A stretch of 64,000 bases of DNA from Chiloscyllium plagiosum (taxonomy: Eukaryota): positions 6,059,474 through 6,123,473 of the forward strand of contig NC_057755.1 in the NCBI RefSeq assembly GCF_004010195.1, in the 5' to 3' direction. Below, piece by piece: positions 24,905 to 36,021 of the stretch (positions within the stretch are counted from its first letter, which is position 1; the number at the start of each line of letters is the position of its first letter). Position numbers and translations under genes: made by a program. Under the pieces are notes generated by a model. The model was not told where the DNA came from and did no database searches. It saw only the letters and a program-made list of their open reading frames with translations.

Positions 24905-25655
24905 GAATAATAAACGAAGATCTGTGCATGTTGCACTGCGCTTGATAATTTCACGTTTTGATCACAACTGTACACGCTGTAGGTTAGGCAGTCAATTGTT
25001 GAATCAAATGAGATTTTTTTTCTGGAATTGCATTCTATCTCTTCGGCTGTTAGTTATTCTCTGCTTGTACCCCCAAATGCTTTCTGTATCTATTTACCGC
25101 CTTTGTGCGATGCTTTACAATGTTAGAAAGGATAGCACGAATATTCTCAGGAAGACATCTGGAAACATCTGTTCCTGTAGATTTATGTTCACTGACACAA
25201 ACAGTTCTCTGCCAAGCTGTTGTCGTTTTGTGGATCTCCATATATTTACAGTTATTTTTTTTTCTCTCTCTGGAAGTAATGAAGAACAGATCTGTAAATG
25301 TTTCACTGCAGTATATAGTTTTACGCTTTGATCACAAATGTAGACGTTATTCATCAGGCAGTCAATTGTTGGATCAAATGAGATGATTTGTGACTATAAT
25401 TTCATTCTATGTCTTCAGATGTTAGTTATTCTTTGCTTGAATCCCAAATGATTTCTGGCAATTATTTACTGCCGTTTGTGTAATGCCGTGCAGTATTAGA
25501 AAGGACAGCATGAACATTGTGAGGAAGACATCTGGAAACATCTGTTCATGTAGATTTCTGTTCACTGTCACGAACAGTTCTCTGACATGCTGGTGTCTTT
25601 TTGTGGATCTCCATTTATTTACATTTGCATTTTCTTTCTCACTGGAAGTAATGAA
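24905..25655. repeat. Two-copy tandem duplication, about 370-bp unit
   Basis: agatctgt at 24918 and 25288; gaagacatctggaaacatctgttc at about 25151 and 25524; both copies end in ctggaagtaatgaag. Confidence 0.85.
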
Positions 25656-25685
25656 GGTGGTTCAATTATGAAAAAGCACACATTT

Positions 25686-25815
25686 TAGCCCTGATGAAGG
25701 ACCTGTGTCAAAAATGTCGACTTTCCTGCTCCTCAGATGCTACCTGACCTGCGGTGCTATTTCAGCCCCAATCTAATCTTGAATGTGTTCGCCAGCATCG
25801 ACAGTACTCAGTTTT
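25686..25815 (+). mobile_element. PLE terminal repeat fragment with hammerhead motif
   Basis: agcc-CTGATGA-a-GGAC-ctgt-GTCA-aaaatgtc-gact followed by ttcctgctcctcagatgctacctgacctgc. Confidence 0.7.
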
Positions 25816-26244
25816 GCCACATATTAGTCAAACTTTCTGTTCTGTTCTGTTGCATTTTTCTTTTTATATGGTTATCATTGTGCAGATGTTGAAAATAAAT
25901 AGTCAATTTTTCATGAAGATTCATGGCTTTCACTGACCTATAATGCTTTTTGTAAAGTAGACTCATTTCCTTGACAGAAGTAACGGGTGAAAATGAATAG
26001 TGTAAAGAAAGGAGGCCAAGCAAGAAATATTGAAGTTGCACGGAGTGTGGCTGGTTCACAAGCAGACATGACCTGACCCAACCTTTGCAACAATTGCCAC
26101 CATGGGCTAATTCTGCAACTTGTGCAAGAAAATGCGATGGCTCATTCTGCTCCATTTCATAGAGAAATTAAGTGAGAACTGGAAGTAGATTCAGTGAATA
26201 CCAATTAAGTCATGTCTTTTTCAAAAGAGTGGTCATAGCTTCTT

Positions 26245-27020
26245 CAGATCACATAGTTGCACAACAAGTTCTTCTGTCTGACTAGTCCATGCCGATCAAA
26301 TATCCTAAATTCATCTAGTCCCATTTTGCAGCATTTAGCAAACATCGTCCTAAATTCTTCCTATTCAGGCACCCTCCAATTCCTTTGAAATATGGGAATT
26401 GTACAAGTGTACACCACTTCCAAAGGCAGCTAATTGCATACACGCATGATCTTCTGCATGAAAAGATTGTTCTTACTTCCTTTCTACATCGTTTCTCCAT
26501 CTCATTAAAACTATTCCCTGTGATTTTGCACTCCCCTTATCCTGGAAAAAAGACTGTGGCAACTATCTGCATCATCGTCCATCATGATTTTATCAACTTT
26601 AACCTCTGACATTACAGCAAAGAATATCCCATCCTACTCAGCCTTTCCCGATAGCTACACCTTTCCAACATTGGCAAGATACCTACAAATTGTTTCAGAA
26701 GCCTTGAAGGCTTTAAACACATCTGTAATATAGCTAGGAGAGCTGAATGTAATGCAATATTGCAAACGGGATCGAACAAATGACCTGTACACTCGCAACA
26801 TTACTTCAATGACTACTAATAAACACAAGTGTATGAACTTCCATGTTCACTCCATGTCTATCTGTGAATCCAGTTTTAAGAAACTGTGAATATACATGCT
26901 AAGCTCACTTTGGCTAGCAACAATGCCCCTAATCCTGCTCTAATTATCCTAACCAACGCACAATACCTCACTTATAGCTAAGTTAAAGACTCTCTGCCAC
27001 GACTCGGGCCAATAGCAAAA
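26245..27020 (-). mobile_element. Old CR1 LINE fragment
   Basis: Reverse-complement CR1 3' UTR (agtccatgccgatcaaatatcc...ctagtcccatttt) and degenerate ORF2 end. Confidence 0.65.
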
Positions 27021-27649
27021 GTGTGCGCAATCAGAAGTAAGTAATGGTACAGCATTCAACCACTATATGAAAATTGAATGCACTCGGAAATATTACGATG
27101 TGGTTGATTTTATTGGACAATCGACTTCTTCCGTATCCTCATGAACCCACAGGCTGGAGTCACAGATATAAATGAGAAAACACAGCTGCTTCCACAATGT
27201 TGCATCCAGTTATTTCAGATCGACACATGGATTCCATTGAACCAGTATCGGTATAATTAGGCATTCGACATTTCAAAGAATATCACCTTAAAATTACAAC
27301 AATATTCTTACCAGTGGAAACTGGTCTTGGGATTCCTTACTCGCTGAAATATTTTGTGAATAGACCAATTATGGGGACTCTGCTAATGCTTTCCAAAATG
27401 GTCTCAAGATTTACAGATATTAACTGCAGTTGTACATTGGTTATATTAAGGCCAACTTTCAGACTTTCTTTAGATATCTCTCCGTTATGTAAAAAGCATG
27501 ATAATTTTCATTCTGACATATTTGGATTGTCCTTATGCTTGCTCCACTAAGCAAGAGTCATGCATTCTACGCATCTAATTTCTAAGAATTTCCAAAGTGC
27601 CATTTCGCCATTGTTGCAATGTCAAATTTTTCAGAAGTTGCAACGGAGG

Positions 27650-27980
27650 GAGATAATGTCATAAATATAGTGTTTGGCATGTGTTACTTCACCAAACTGA
27701 TAAGTGAGTATAAAAGTTGCCAAATCCTGTGACAGCTGTATAAAACTTGAACTGAGTCACATTTCGAGAAATGTGTGCAGTTCTCGTGAATAAATGTGGC
27801 CTTGGGCAGTGTGCAAAATAGGTTGGTCCGCATTGGTGTGCATGAGCTTTAAGGAGCGATTAACAAAATTGGATTGTTTACCCGAAAGCACCGGAGGCTG
27901 TGGAGAGTCTTGATGGAAGTATATAAAATTATGGCGCATGGATAGAGTGAAAGGTCGGCGGCAACCTTTTCAGAGCTGAA
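27650..27980 (+). mobile_element. CR1 LINE fragment
   Basis: Degenerate QILxQLYKT...SHFEKCVQF and LMEVYKIMAHG motifs. Confidence 0.65.
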
Positions 27981-28060
27981 AATGTGTTGCTGGAAAAGCG
28001 CAGCAGGTCAGGCTGTGTCCACGGAGCAGGAGAATCGACGTTTCGGGCATGAGCCCTTCT
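27981..28060 (-). mobile_element. PLE terminal repeat fragment (right half of hammerhead intact)
   Basis: The reverse complement reads agaagggctcatgccc-GAAACGTC-gattctcctgctcc...cctgacctgctgcgcttttccagcaacac. Confidence 0.8.
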
Positions 28061-28067
28061 CCCCAAC

Positions 28068-28370
28068 GTGTTGAGCTTCTGCAGCAATGGAGAGAATAAC
28101 AGCGACGCAGAAATGGAAAGCAGGAGGAAATCTTTTATTTTACTTTTCACCGCATCCGTTAACTTTATACTTCTGTTGTTGATGTTGATCATAAATTTCT
28201 TTCATCACTCCTTTAAAGGAACGTTTTACAGAGTCCGACTTGGTATTACAAGATTTTGAATTTCATGCTGCAAAATTGAAGTTGTTGCACAAATACATTT
28301 ATATATGCAGCAAATCAGTCGAAGTTCAGAGTGAAAATAAAGAACACGTTGACATATCTGGTTTCATAAC
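28068..28370 (+). pseudogene. GPR139-like GPCR pseudogene fragment, copy D (ICL3 to C-terminus)
   Basis: CSNGENNSDAEMESRRKSFILLFTASVNFILL...FMLQN*SCCTNTFIYAANQSKFRVKIKN, with stops and frameshifts. Confidence 0.85.
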
Positions 28371-28389
28371 TTATAAAATTAATGACTGG

Positions 28390-29470
28390 CTTGTGCATTT
28401 GAGAGTGAGCCGGGCTATGTCAAAGGGTTTCCAGCCAGTATGTGCCAGGTTAACGCTTCACAATCGTATTAGGTTAATGGTTAAAGTTCTGATGGTGTTG
28501 CACATAGACATTGCGAGCCTGAATGTGAATTAAATACGTTGTCATAATACATATCATTTTCAGCAAACTTTACAAGATAAAAATGCAGGAGATTCTAAAG
28601 GTATGGAACAATCAAGAATATGGCACTGAACATCTTATTACAGAATGCAGTTATTATAAAATGTAAACATACATGCGCAAGTATTATCTTGTGCAATTAA
28701 GAAACATAAAACTTAACTGTTTTGTTCGGTTGAGTCAAACTTCAATGTCTGTTCACTTTTTAATATGCTGTTTAAATAACTATACTGCTTTAGTGATTAT
28801 GTATGAAAATTAAAAAAAAATCCTTTGAATAAAGAATATTTTTGAAATGAAGGAAATTAATACAGAATATAAATAAAGAAAACGCAAACATTCCCTTCCT
28901 CTCAATGAAGTTATATTTTCGTTTTTACTCTTACTTTGATTTCCTTCACATTGTGGCATTTTGAAGACTGGTAATACGATAAAAATATACAAAATATGAA
29001 AACCAAATGGTCGGAATGTCCCCATTCTAATTTGTAACAAATTCGATGATTTTGTGAATCACCTGGCTCTATTAATGAAACCGCTTATTCACGGTTGCCT
29101 CAAAATGCCAGTGGAGATTCTATCCAAAACCGTAATGTACAAGTCAAATGTTCTCATTCATAGAAAGACCTGAGAACATTGATGTATTGTATAAGTGAGT
29201 CTGTGATGTTTGATTTGGCACCACCTTTGTTTTCAACCTGTTTTGTTTTCTTTTAACGTTGATCAGAGTTATGCTGTTGAGGTTGAGTGCCAAGTAGATT
29301 TAAAATGGAACAGGAATTATATCAAATTCATATATGATTTTTTTTTCTCAAATTAAGGTTAGCAAACATAATGCTGATAAATGTTGCAAGTTCAATATGA
29401 GAAAAGAAATCCCACCAAGGTTCCAGTCAGGTCCTCTGGAATTTGATTGCCACTGAACTGAATGCAGAAG
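28390..29470. repeat. Older duplicated 3' flank shared with 21285-22965
   Basis: Colinear anchors, e.g. catatcattttc(a/g)gcaaacttt(a/t)caagataaaaatgca at about 28550 vs 21980 and aatg(t/c)tctcattcataga at about 29148 vs 22636. Confidence 0.8.
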
Positions 29471-29689
29471 CATTGCAAATTTTCAAAGTCCTCTATTTTA
29501 CCACTCATTCTAGTGCCGTCGAAAGCATTGATAACTATACGTGGTACTCAGTTCCAAGTAATCTCTGTGAATTGTGAATAATTGCTCTCCCAACACTGAC
29601 CCATGAGGCACAAAATTAGTTATTGTTTGCCAAACAGAATAGCACTCATTTTTACCTCTCCGCTTGTTTCCGATGATTTAACCAATTCT

Positions 29690-30095
29690 CTGGCCTTGCT
29701 AATACACTGCCAGCACAACATGCATCTTTATCTTATGCAGCAGCCTTTTGTGCACATTTATCGAATGTCTTTTGGAAATCTAGACACACCACATCTAATT
29801 TGACCCCGTTGTACACCATTCTCGTTATGGCTTAGAGAATTACAGAAGATTACTGAAGCACGACCTGTCCTTTATGATCCCATGCTACTTCTGCCCAAAG
29901 GGGCAGTTTTATTATCTGGATGCCCTCCTATTCCTTCCTTGATAATAGCCTCAACCATTTTCCTAACTACAGAAGTTAAGCAAACTGGTCCATAATTCAC
30001 CACCTTTTGTCTCCCTTTGTTTTTACAAATAGTGGTGTCACATCTGTTGTTTTCCAATCCGCTGGAGCTGCCCCAGAGATCAGTGAATTTGGGAA
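29690..30095 (-). mobile_element. CR1 RT internal fragment
   Basis: Minus-strand ORF NYGPVCLTSVVRKMVEAIIKE...QHG. Confidence 0.7.
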
Positions 30096-31004
30096 ATTAA
30101 AGACGTAAAGCCTAGCACCTCATTGCCACCGTTCTTCAGGGTACAACCTTCGACCCAAACATTATAAGCATTTTAATTTCTCAAGTCCCTTCCTTTATAA
30201 TGTTGGTATTGCAAAAACTTCTTGGATTTATTAACTGGCTCTACACATATTACAATTTTCCAGAGTTATTTGTGGTCAAATTTCTCGAAAAAAATTAAAT
30301 GGTTAAAAGAGAGCAGATGCTCTCTCACATTGCTGGAAACACAATGGGATCTTCCTGTTCCCTGTGTCTCCCATTTTTGTCCAATGCGGTGTTGGGGGTT
30401 GGTGGAGGAGATAAAGCTCCTTTACCAAGTATCATTGTAGGAGAAGTTGCAGGAGAATGAAGACACACAGTCAAAACGCCAGTGCACTCTGATGATGGGA
30501 GGAAACGTTTTTAATTTGGTCAGGTTCGAAAACCTGTGGAGGGCAGAAAAGCAGAGGGGGACAAAATGCGGGAAATTAGGGTCTCCCTACCAGCCACCCC
30601 ACCCCATTTTGAGTCCCCATAGTTCTGGGCACAATTGGCAGGGGACAAAATTTTTTGAGTGTGTATTCTGGGCGTACAATTTGGCTGGGGTGTGCAAAAT
30701 TGTGAGATGCAAAATTGTGGGCACTACAGGATGGGGACGGCAAATATGGAGGGGGAATCTGTGGGGGAGATCAGTTCATGTAAGGGAATAAAGCTACGAG
30801 GAGGCAATTAGACAGGAGTGTGAGGTGGGAGGGAGGAGATTTGATAAGGGGTGCAACACTGAGGACAGATACAATATCCCAGGGAAGGTAATGATGTGTG
30901 TATTTGGGGAAAGGGACAAACCTGGAGAAGATCAGATATTGCCACTTTCTCAGTGAGTGGGGGAGTGGGGAGCGAAAACTGTGGAACAATTTCCCATGGC
31001 CAAC

Positions 31005-31225
31005 GCGACACTAACCAGCATATCCCTGGACAGTATGGGACAATTTAGCACGGCCAACCCACCGTAACCTGCACATATCTGTACCCTACGGCCAATCCAC
31101 CCGAACTTTCACATTCCTGGACTATGGAAGGAAACCGGAGCACCCGGAGGAAATCCATGCAGAGGCGAAGAGAATGTGCAAATACCACACAGACAGACGC
31201 CCGAGGGAGGGAATCGAACCCGAGT
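31005..31225 (-). mobile_element. HE1/V-SINE-like SINE
   Basis: caatttagcacggccaa...ggaaggaaaccggagcacccggaggaaatcc...gggaatcgaaccc. Confidence 0.8.
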
Positions 31226-31394
31226 GGTGGGCATAAAGATATGGGGAAGACGTTAGGAGGGAGTCGGAGTTAGGACGTCTGGGCAGCTGGGCAAGACAGA
31301 CAGATAAAGAGAAAGAGATACTGATAGAAAGATAGAGAGGAACAAACAATAGAATGAGAGAAAGAGATAAAGAGAGAAAGAAAGAGAGATTGCC

Positions 31395-31650
31395 TGCAGT
31401 AGGATGTTACATTGTACCATTTGAGTTTGTGTCCTTCATTGTCTGTGTGGTTGGAAATGAGAGACAGTACTGGTGGTGAATGGCGATGGTGAGCTGATGT
31501 TTATGCATATGTATGGTCAATTTCTGACATATTTGTCCGATGTTGTGCTTACCTGTAGTCCATGCAGGTAAGCTTGTCGATTATATTCATGCTTTTGGAT
31601 GTGGGTATTGGCTCTCTAACTTCTGTGAGGTGCTGGTATATGGTGTTTAA
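31395..31650 (-). mobile_element. Penelope-clade GIY-YIG endonuclease fragment (second PLE lineage)
   Basis: Minus-strand reading IIDKLTCMD..KHNIGQICQKLTIHMHKHQL...ISNHTDNEGHKLKWYN resembles the PLE pattern VIYKIPC..C..YIGQT.R.L..R..EH...H.F.W.N. Confidence 0.65.
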
Positions 31651-31689
31651 TGGTTTGTGGGCAACTATGACTTCTTGATGTCTGTGTGC

Positions 31690-32171
31690 TACTGTGTGCT
31701 AGTGTATGTGTGTAAGTGTGTGTATGTGTGTGTGTGTCCGGGCACACGCGCTCAGACACGTCCATGTGTTGCGCATGTGGATAGACACATGAGCAAATGC
31801 ATACACTCACAAACACGCACAAGCACACACACACACACACACACAAAGAGAGAGAAAAAGAGAAACAGAAAGAGACAGAGGGAGAGAGATAAAGAGAGCA
31901 TAAGGCAGACAGGCAGGAAGGTGAATGGAAAGAAACACTGTCTATTGGAGGATCAGGCAGAAAGGGGAAGTGAGAGTGAAACAGAGACTGATACGGAGCG
32001 GGAAAGTGAGGGAGATAAAAGAGAGGGAGAGACAAAAATGAGGGAAGTGAGAGAGTCAGGAGACAATCCTCACCATCCCAGCTGCTCCCGAGCCATACTG
32101 TGCAATGCAAGACATGGAGAATTAAGGAAACATCACATCATTCCATCTGCACCTCGCTCCCTCTCCCCATG

Positions 32172-32215
<44 letters not shown>
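31690..32215. repeat. Compound (GT)n/(CA)n/(GA)n low-complexity region
   Basis: Visible dinucleotide tracts, including a pure (GT)n run at about 32174-32212. Confidence 0.85.
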
Positions 32216-34454
32216 TTGTGTGGAAGAGTTCAGCATGAGCTGAAGGATTAGGGGTTAGGGTGGGCTGAATGAATAAGGCCTGCGATTGGCAATGGATTGT
32301 CGGTCTGGGGGTTTAGGGCCTTCTCTGGTCTTGTGGCAAGAGGGAAATGCGTTGTTCAAACAGTGCTAGAGACATAGTATGAGATGGGGATTGTCCGGTT
32401 CTGATGTGAGGTCTCGTCCAGTCAAGGATCTTTATAAAGAAGGACATAAAGTACGTAGCAATAACGTTGAGGAATCCAGAAGAAGAGGGAGCATGATGGA
32501 TAGTGAGAGAATGAGGGAGATCAGGAGTTGGGAGGCTGGGTTAGGGGACTAAAGACAGATGATAAAGATAAATGCGACAAAATTAAGAATAAGTCCAAAT
32601 AAAAAGAGGAGGAATGCATGTTAATATTAAAGATAGAGTCTAAGCAGAGACTGCTAACATAAAAGATCATCCAAAATCCTGAAATGATAATGAATTTAAA
32701 AGTGGAAAAGGGAGATTAAGGGACAACAACATCATTTTGACAGGCAGAAAGAGTGTATTAATAACCATTTCTTGAAGATATACTTCATCTAGCGTTGGAA
32801 AAGAACATGATTCTGACCACTGACCACTAAGATGAGAAATGTTGTTCCTTTTTTCTCAAAGCTTGTTGTTTTCTCAAGGATAGTATTTCCTTGTTTCTTA
32901 TTCAGAAGGCTCCTAAACGCTCCCAGTTCCGATGAGGCAGACGTATTTTGCCTGATGTCTCATATAGTTACATATAAACTTAACAGAATAAAGGGTTTGA
33001 AAGGTCTTTTTGTTTATGTGTAGACATGACCTATATAATGAAACCAAAGTGGTGAGCTCTCTAGCTGAGCAGTGCAGTCCAGAACTAGTTGGGAGTTCAA
33101 CAGTAAGCTGCATGGAAACTTTCTCTCTCTGCCCTTCTGCCCTTCAGACGTCAACCTGTGAGCATTTTTTTTTTCCATTTTAACTATGTTCAAGGTTTTT
33201 GCTTATTGGGACCGTTGTGTATATTAGAAACAATATAATTAAGCCTGAGTTGGATAGACAGAGATTTGCAGGGTTTCTTTATTTTGTTCTTTGTGTTTCA
33301 TTGTGTAAGTTTGAGAGAAAATTTCTGTCTGTTTTAGAAGTCAACCTAGCTAGCTTACACCGGGTAATTCTCTCTGAACACTTACCAAAACAAATAGAAA
33401 ATGTATGGTCTGGGCTGCCTGCTTAGGGATGTTTTGAGTGGCCTGGCCTATTCCATAACACGTTGGGGGCTCCTTGCGTGATTTCAAACAGCTAGTGGTG
33501 TGTGTTAGTGTGTTTAGTTTGAGTGTTGGTTTGTTTGGGGAGGCAAAGCTTGGGATAGTAATGCCTCTTTCAGTCACCAAAAGTTTTCTGGAAGTGGATA
33601 CGGTGATTTTGGAAGTTTTCCAAAAGGTGAGGAAGAACAAGCTTCAGGAATTAGCAGACCAACTGGAATTGGAACTGTCTGCTTCTGTGAGGAATGAAGA
33701 GATAATTATAGCAGTAGCTCAGCATTTGAACTTGCTGGAGAAGCCATCAGAATTTATAGAGATGACAAGAATTCAATTGCCAATGAAGCAGCTTGAGTAA
33801 GAGGCGAGAAATAAAGAGAGGGCGACAGAAATTAAACGGGTTGAGTTACGACTAAAAGCAGATAAGAGAGATAGAGGGAGAGCAGCAGAACAAAGGGGAA
33901 ATAGAGAGGAGAGAAAGAAAAAGATAGAGCTTTTGAAATTCAAATACTGACACTTAAAAAGGAAGTTCAGTTTTAAAGGCTGCAGATCAAGGCTAATGAT
34001 CGGCTTATTGAGGAAGAGAGTGAGAATGAGCAAGCCCCTGGTAATCAGGAGCCAGTGAGAAACTGTTCAAGTATGTCCAAGCATTGCCTAAATTTTATGA
34101 GAACGATGTGGATTTTTTAAATCTCATTTGAAAATGTGGCTAAACAAATGCAGTGGACAGTGGCAATATGGGTTTTGTTGTTAAAAACGAAATCTGTAGG
34201 TAGGTCTAATGAGGTATTCGCATCACGACCAGAGGAGGTATCTGAACAGTGAAGTGGTGATAAACCCCATTTTAAGTCCATATAAGCTTATATCTGAAGC
34301 ATGCACACAACGTTTCAGGAATCCAACGAGTGACACTGGTCAAACCCATATTGTGTTTGAGTATTTTCGATAGGTGGATAAGGGAATTGGGCAAAACTAT
34401 GAAGTCCTTATGTCGGTAAACGTTTTGGATGGATTCAAGAATTGACTGCCTCAA

Positions 34455-34743
34455 TTGGATTAGATTATTTACAGTGTCGCATTTGGCCCAACAAGTCCAC
34501 ACTGATCCTCCAAAGGGCAACCCACCCAGACCAATTCCCCTAACGCTATGGGCCATTTAGCATGGTCAATTCACCTAACCTGCACATCTTTGTACTGAGG
34601 GAAGAAACCGGCACACCCAGAGGAAACTCAGGCAGAGACGGGGAGAATGTGCAAACTCCACACAGGCAGTTGGCCAAGGTGGGAATTGAATCCCATTATG
34701 CTGGCATTGTAAAGCAGCAGTGCTAACCACTGCGCCATCATGT
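34455..34743 (-). mobile_element. HE1/V-SINE-like SINE inserted in Gypsy gag
   Basis: ttcacctaacctgcacatctttg...gtgcaaactccacacag...gggaattgaatcc...gcagcagtgctaaccactgcgcc. Confidence 0.85.
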
Positions 34744-35941
34744 GGAAGAGCAGAGATTTAAGCGGCAAGCTCGCAGCTGAAGTGACTGATGATTATGAGC
34801 AGATTCATAAAACTTGGTTTGGCTTCCAGAATCAATGTCAGTCCATGAGGGATAGAACTTGGGGAAAAGGGTGATCCTCACGTGGAAAAGGAAAGGTAGA
34901 ACTAAATTAAGATCATAAGGATAACTTACTACAGGTTAAAAAAAACTTGCGGGGAGAACGAAGTCAAAAAGCTTCAGAGATTTCATTCTAATAAAGTGTA
35001 CCACATAGAATCACAGAGTTGGTGAGCTGGGAGAAAGTTGGATGTAGGAAAATTAGACAAGCTTGGATGTTTTGATGAACTAGTGAAAAAAAAAGCACAA
35101 GAGGAATTAGACAACTGCCTCAGCGTGTACAAGATGATCAGAGATTGGTTAAGGAGAAGTGCCAGATCTGCTTTAAAAAATGTAAATTCAAGGGTAATGT
35201 TTATTCATATAGGCCAGGAGTGGTAGGTAAGGAGTTTCCAATATTAAGGACACGGGATCATAACAGACTGTAATACTAAAGAATGAAGAGGTTTGTACTC
35301 CTGAAGGACTATTACCAGAAGTCGTACTGGAAACAGGAACTCATGGTGAGACAAAATAATGCTCAAGTATGTAAAGTGAGGCTAGAGAGTCCAGAAAAGA
35401 GTGAAGGTTTTGTGGTAGGAGGAGTACTGGATAAACTCTCATATCCAGGAATATTACTTACACTTGAAAATGATAAAGCTGACTCACTGGCTGCCTGCTC
35501 TGGTTGAAAAGCCAATGGAGATGCAGGAAACTGAAGAAATTATGAATGTTTTTTTCCAGGAATTTTCCCAGATTGTGTCATCGCAAGATCACAGAGGTAC
35601 AAGTTAATGTAGGGGAGTTCAAACGGCACAGATCAGGAAGCTGACATAGCTTTGTCCAAGACTTTTTATTTGATCAGATAAGAGTCACAGAGCAGGAGCT
35701 TCTAGATAAACGTGCCAGTGTCTTTAGTTCTACTAAGCTGATTGAATTACAGCAGAAAGATGAGAACTTAAAACAGTTGTATCAAAAGACATTTACAGAA
35801 GAGAGTGAAGGCATCCGTGTGTGTTATCACAAAATAAATGCTGCCTTATAGAGGAATGGAGACAATCACACATTCAAGCAGATGAAAAGTGGGCAGAGGT
35901 TCATCAAATTATTTTGGCAGTCGAGATTCAATACAAGGTCG

Positions 35942-36021
35942 GTAGTCGTGGCCACGTGGTTTAGGCGAATACGAGTAGTAATTCATTGGGGTCTACGCAG
36001 GTTCGAATCCCGCCGAATGCA
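35942..36021 (+). tRNA. tRNA-Ser(AGA)-derived pseudogene/retrocopy
   Basis: gtagtcgtggcc..gtggtt.aggcga...tag.aa..cattggggtct..cgcaggttcgaatcc.gccga follows the vertebrate tRNA-Ser sequence (GTAGTCGTGGCCGAGTGGTTAAGGCG...GCAGGTTCGAATCCTGCCGACTAC). The anticodon arm is damaged. Confidence 0.8.

Noticed and set aside
32245..32265. Interstitial telomere repeat (ttaggggttaggg)
   Set aside because: Only about two units, which is expected by chance in a G-rich tract.
35942..36021. Functional tRNA-Ser gene
   Set aside because: The D-loop, anticodon arm and acceptor stem are mutated, and it lies within a retro-insertion.
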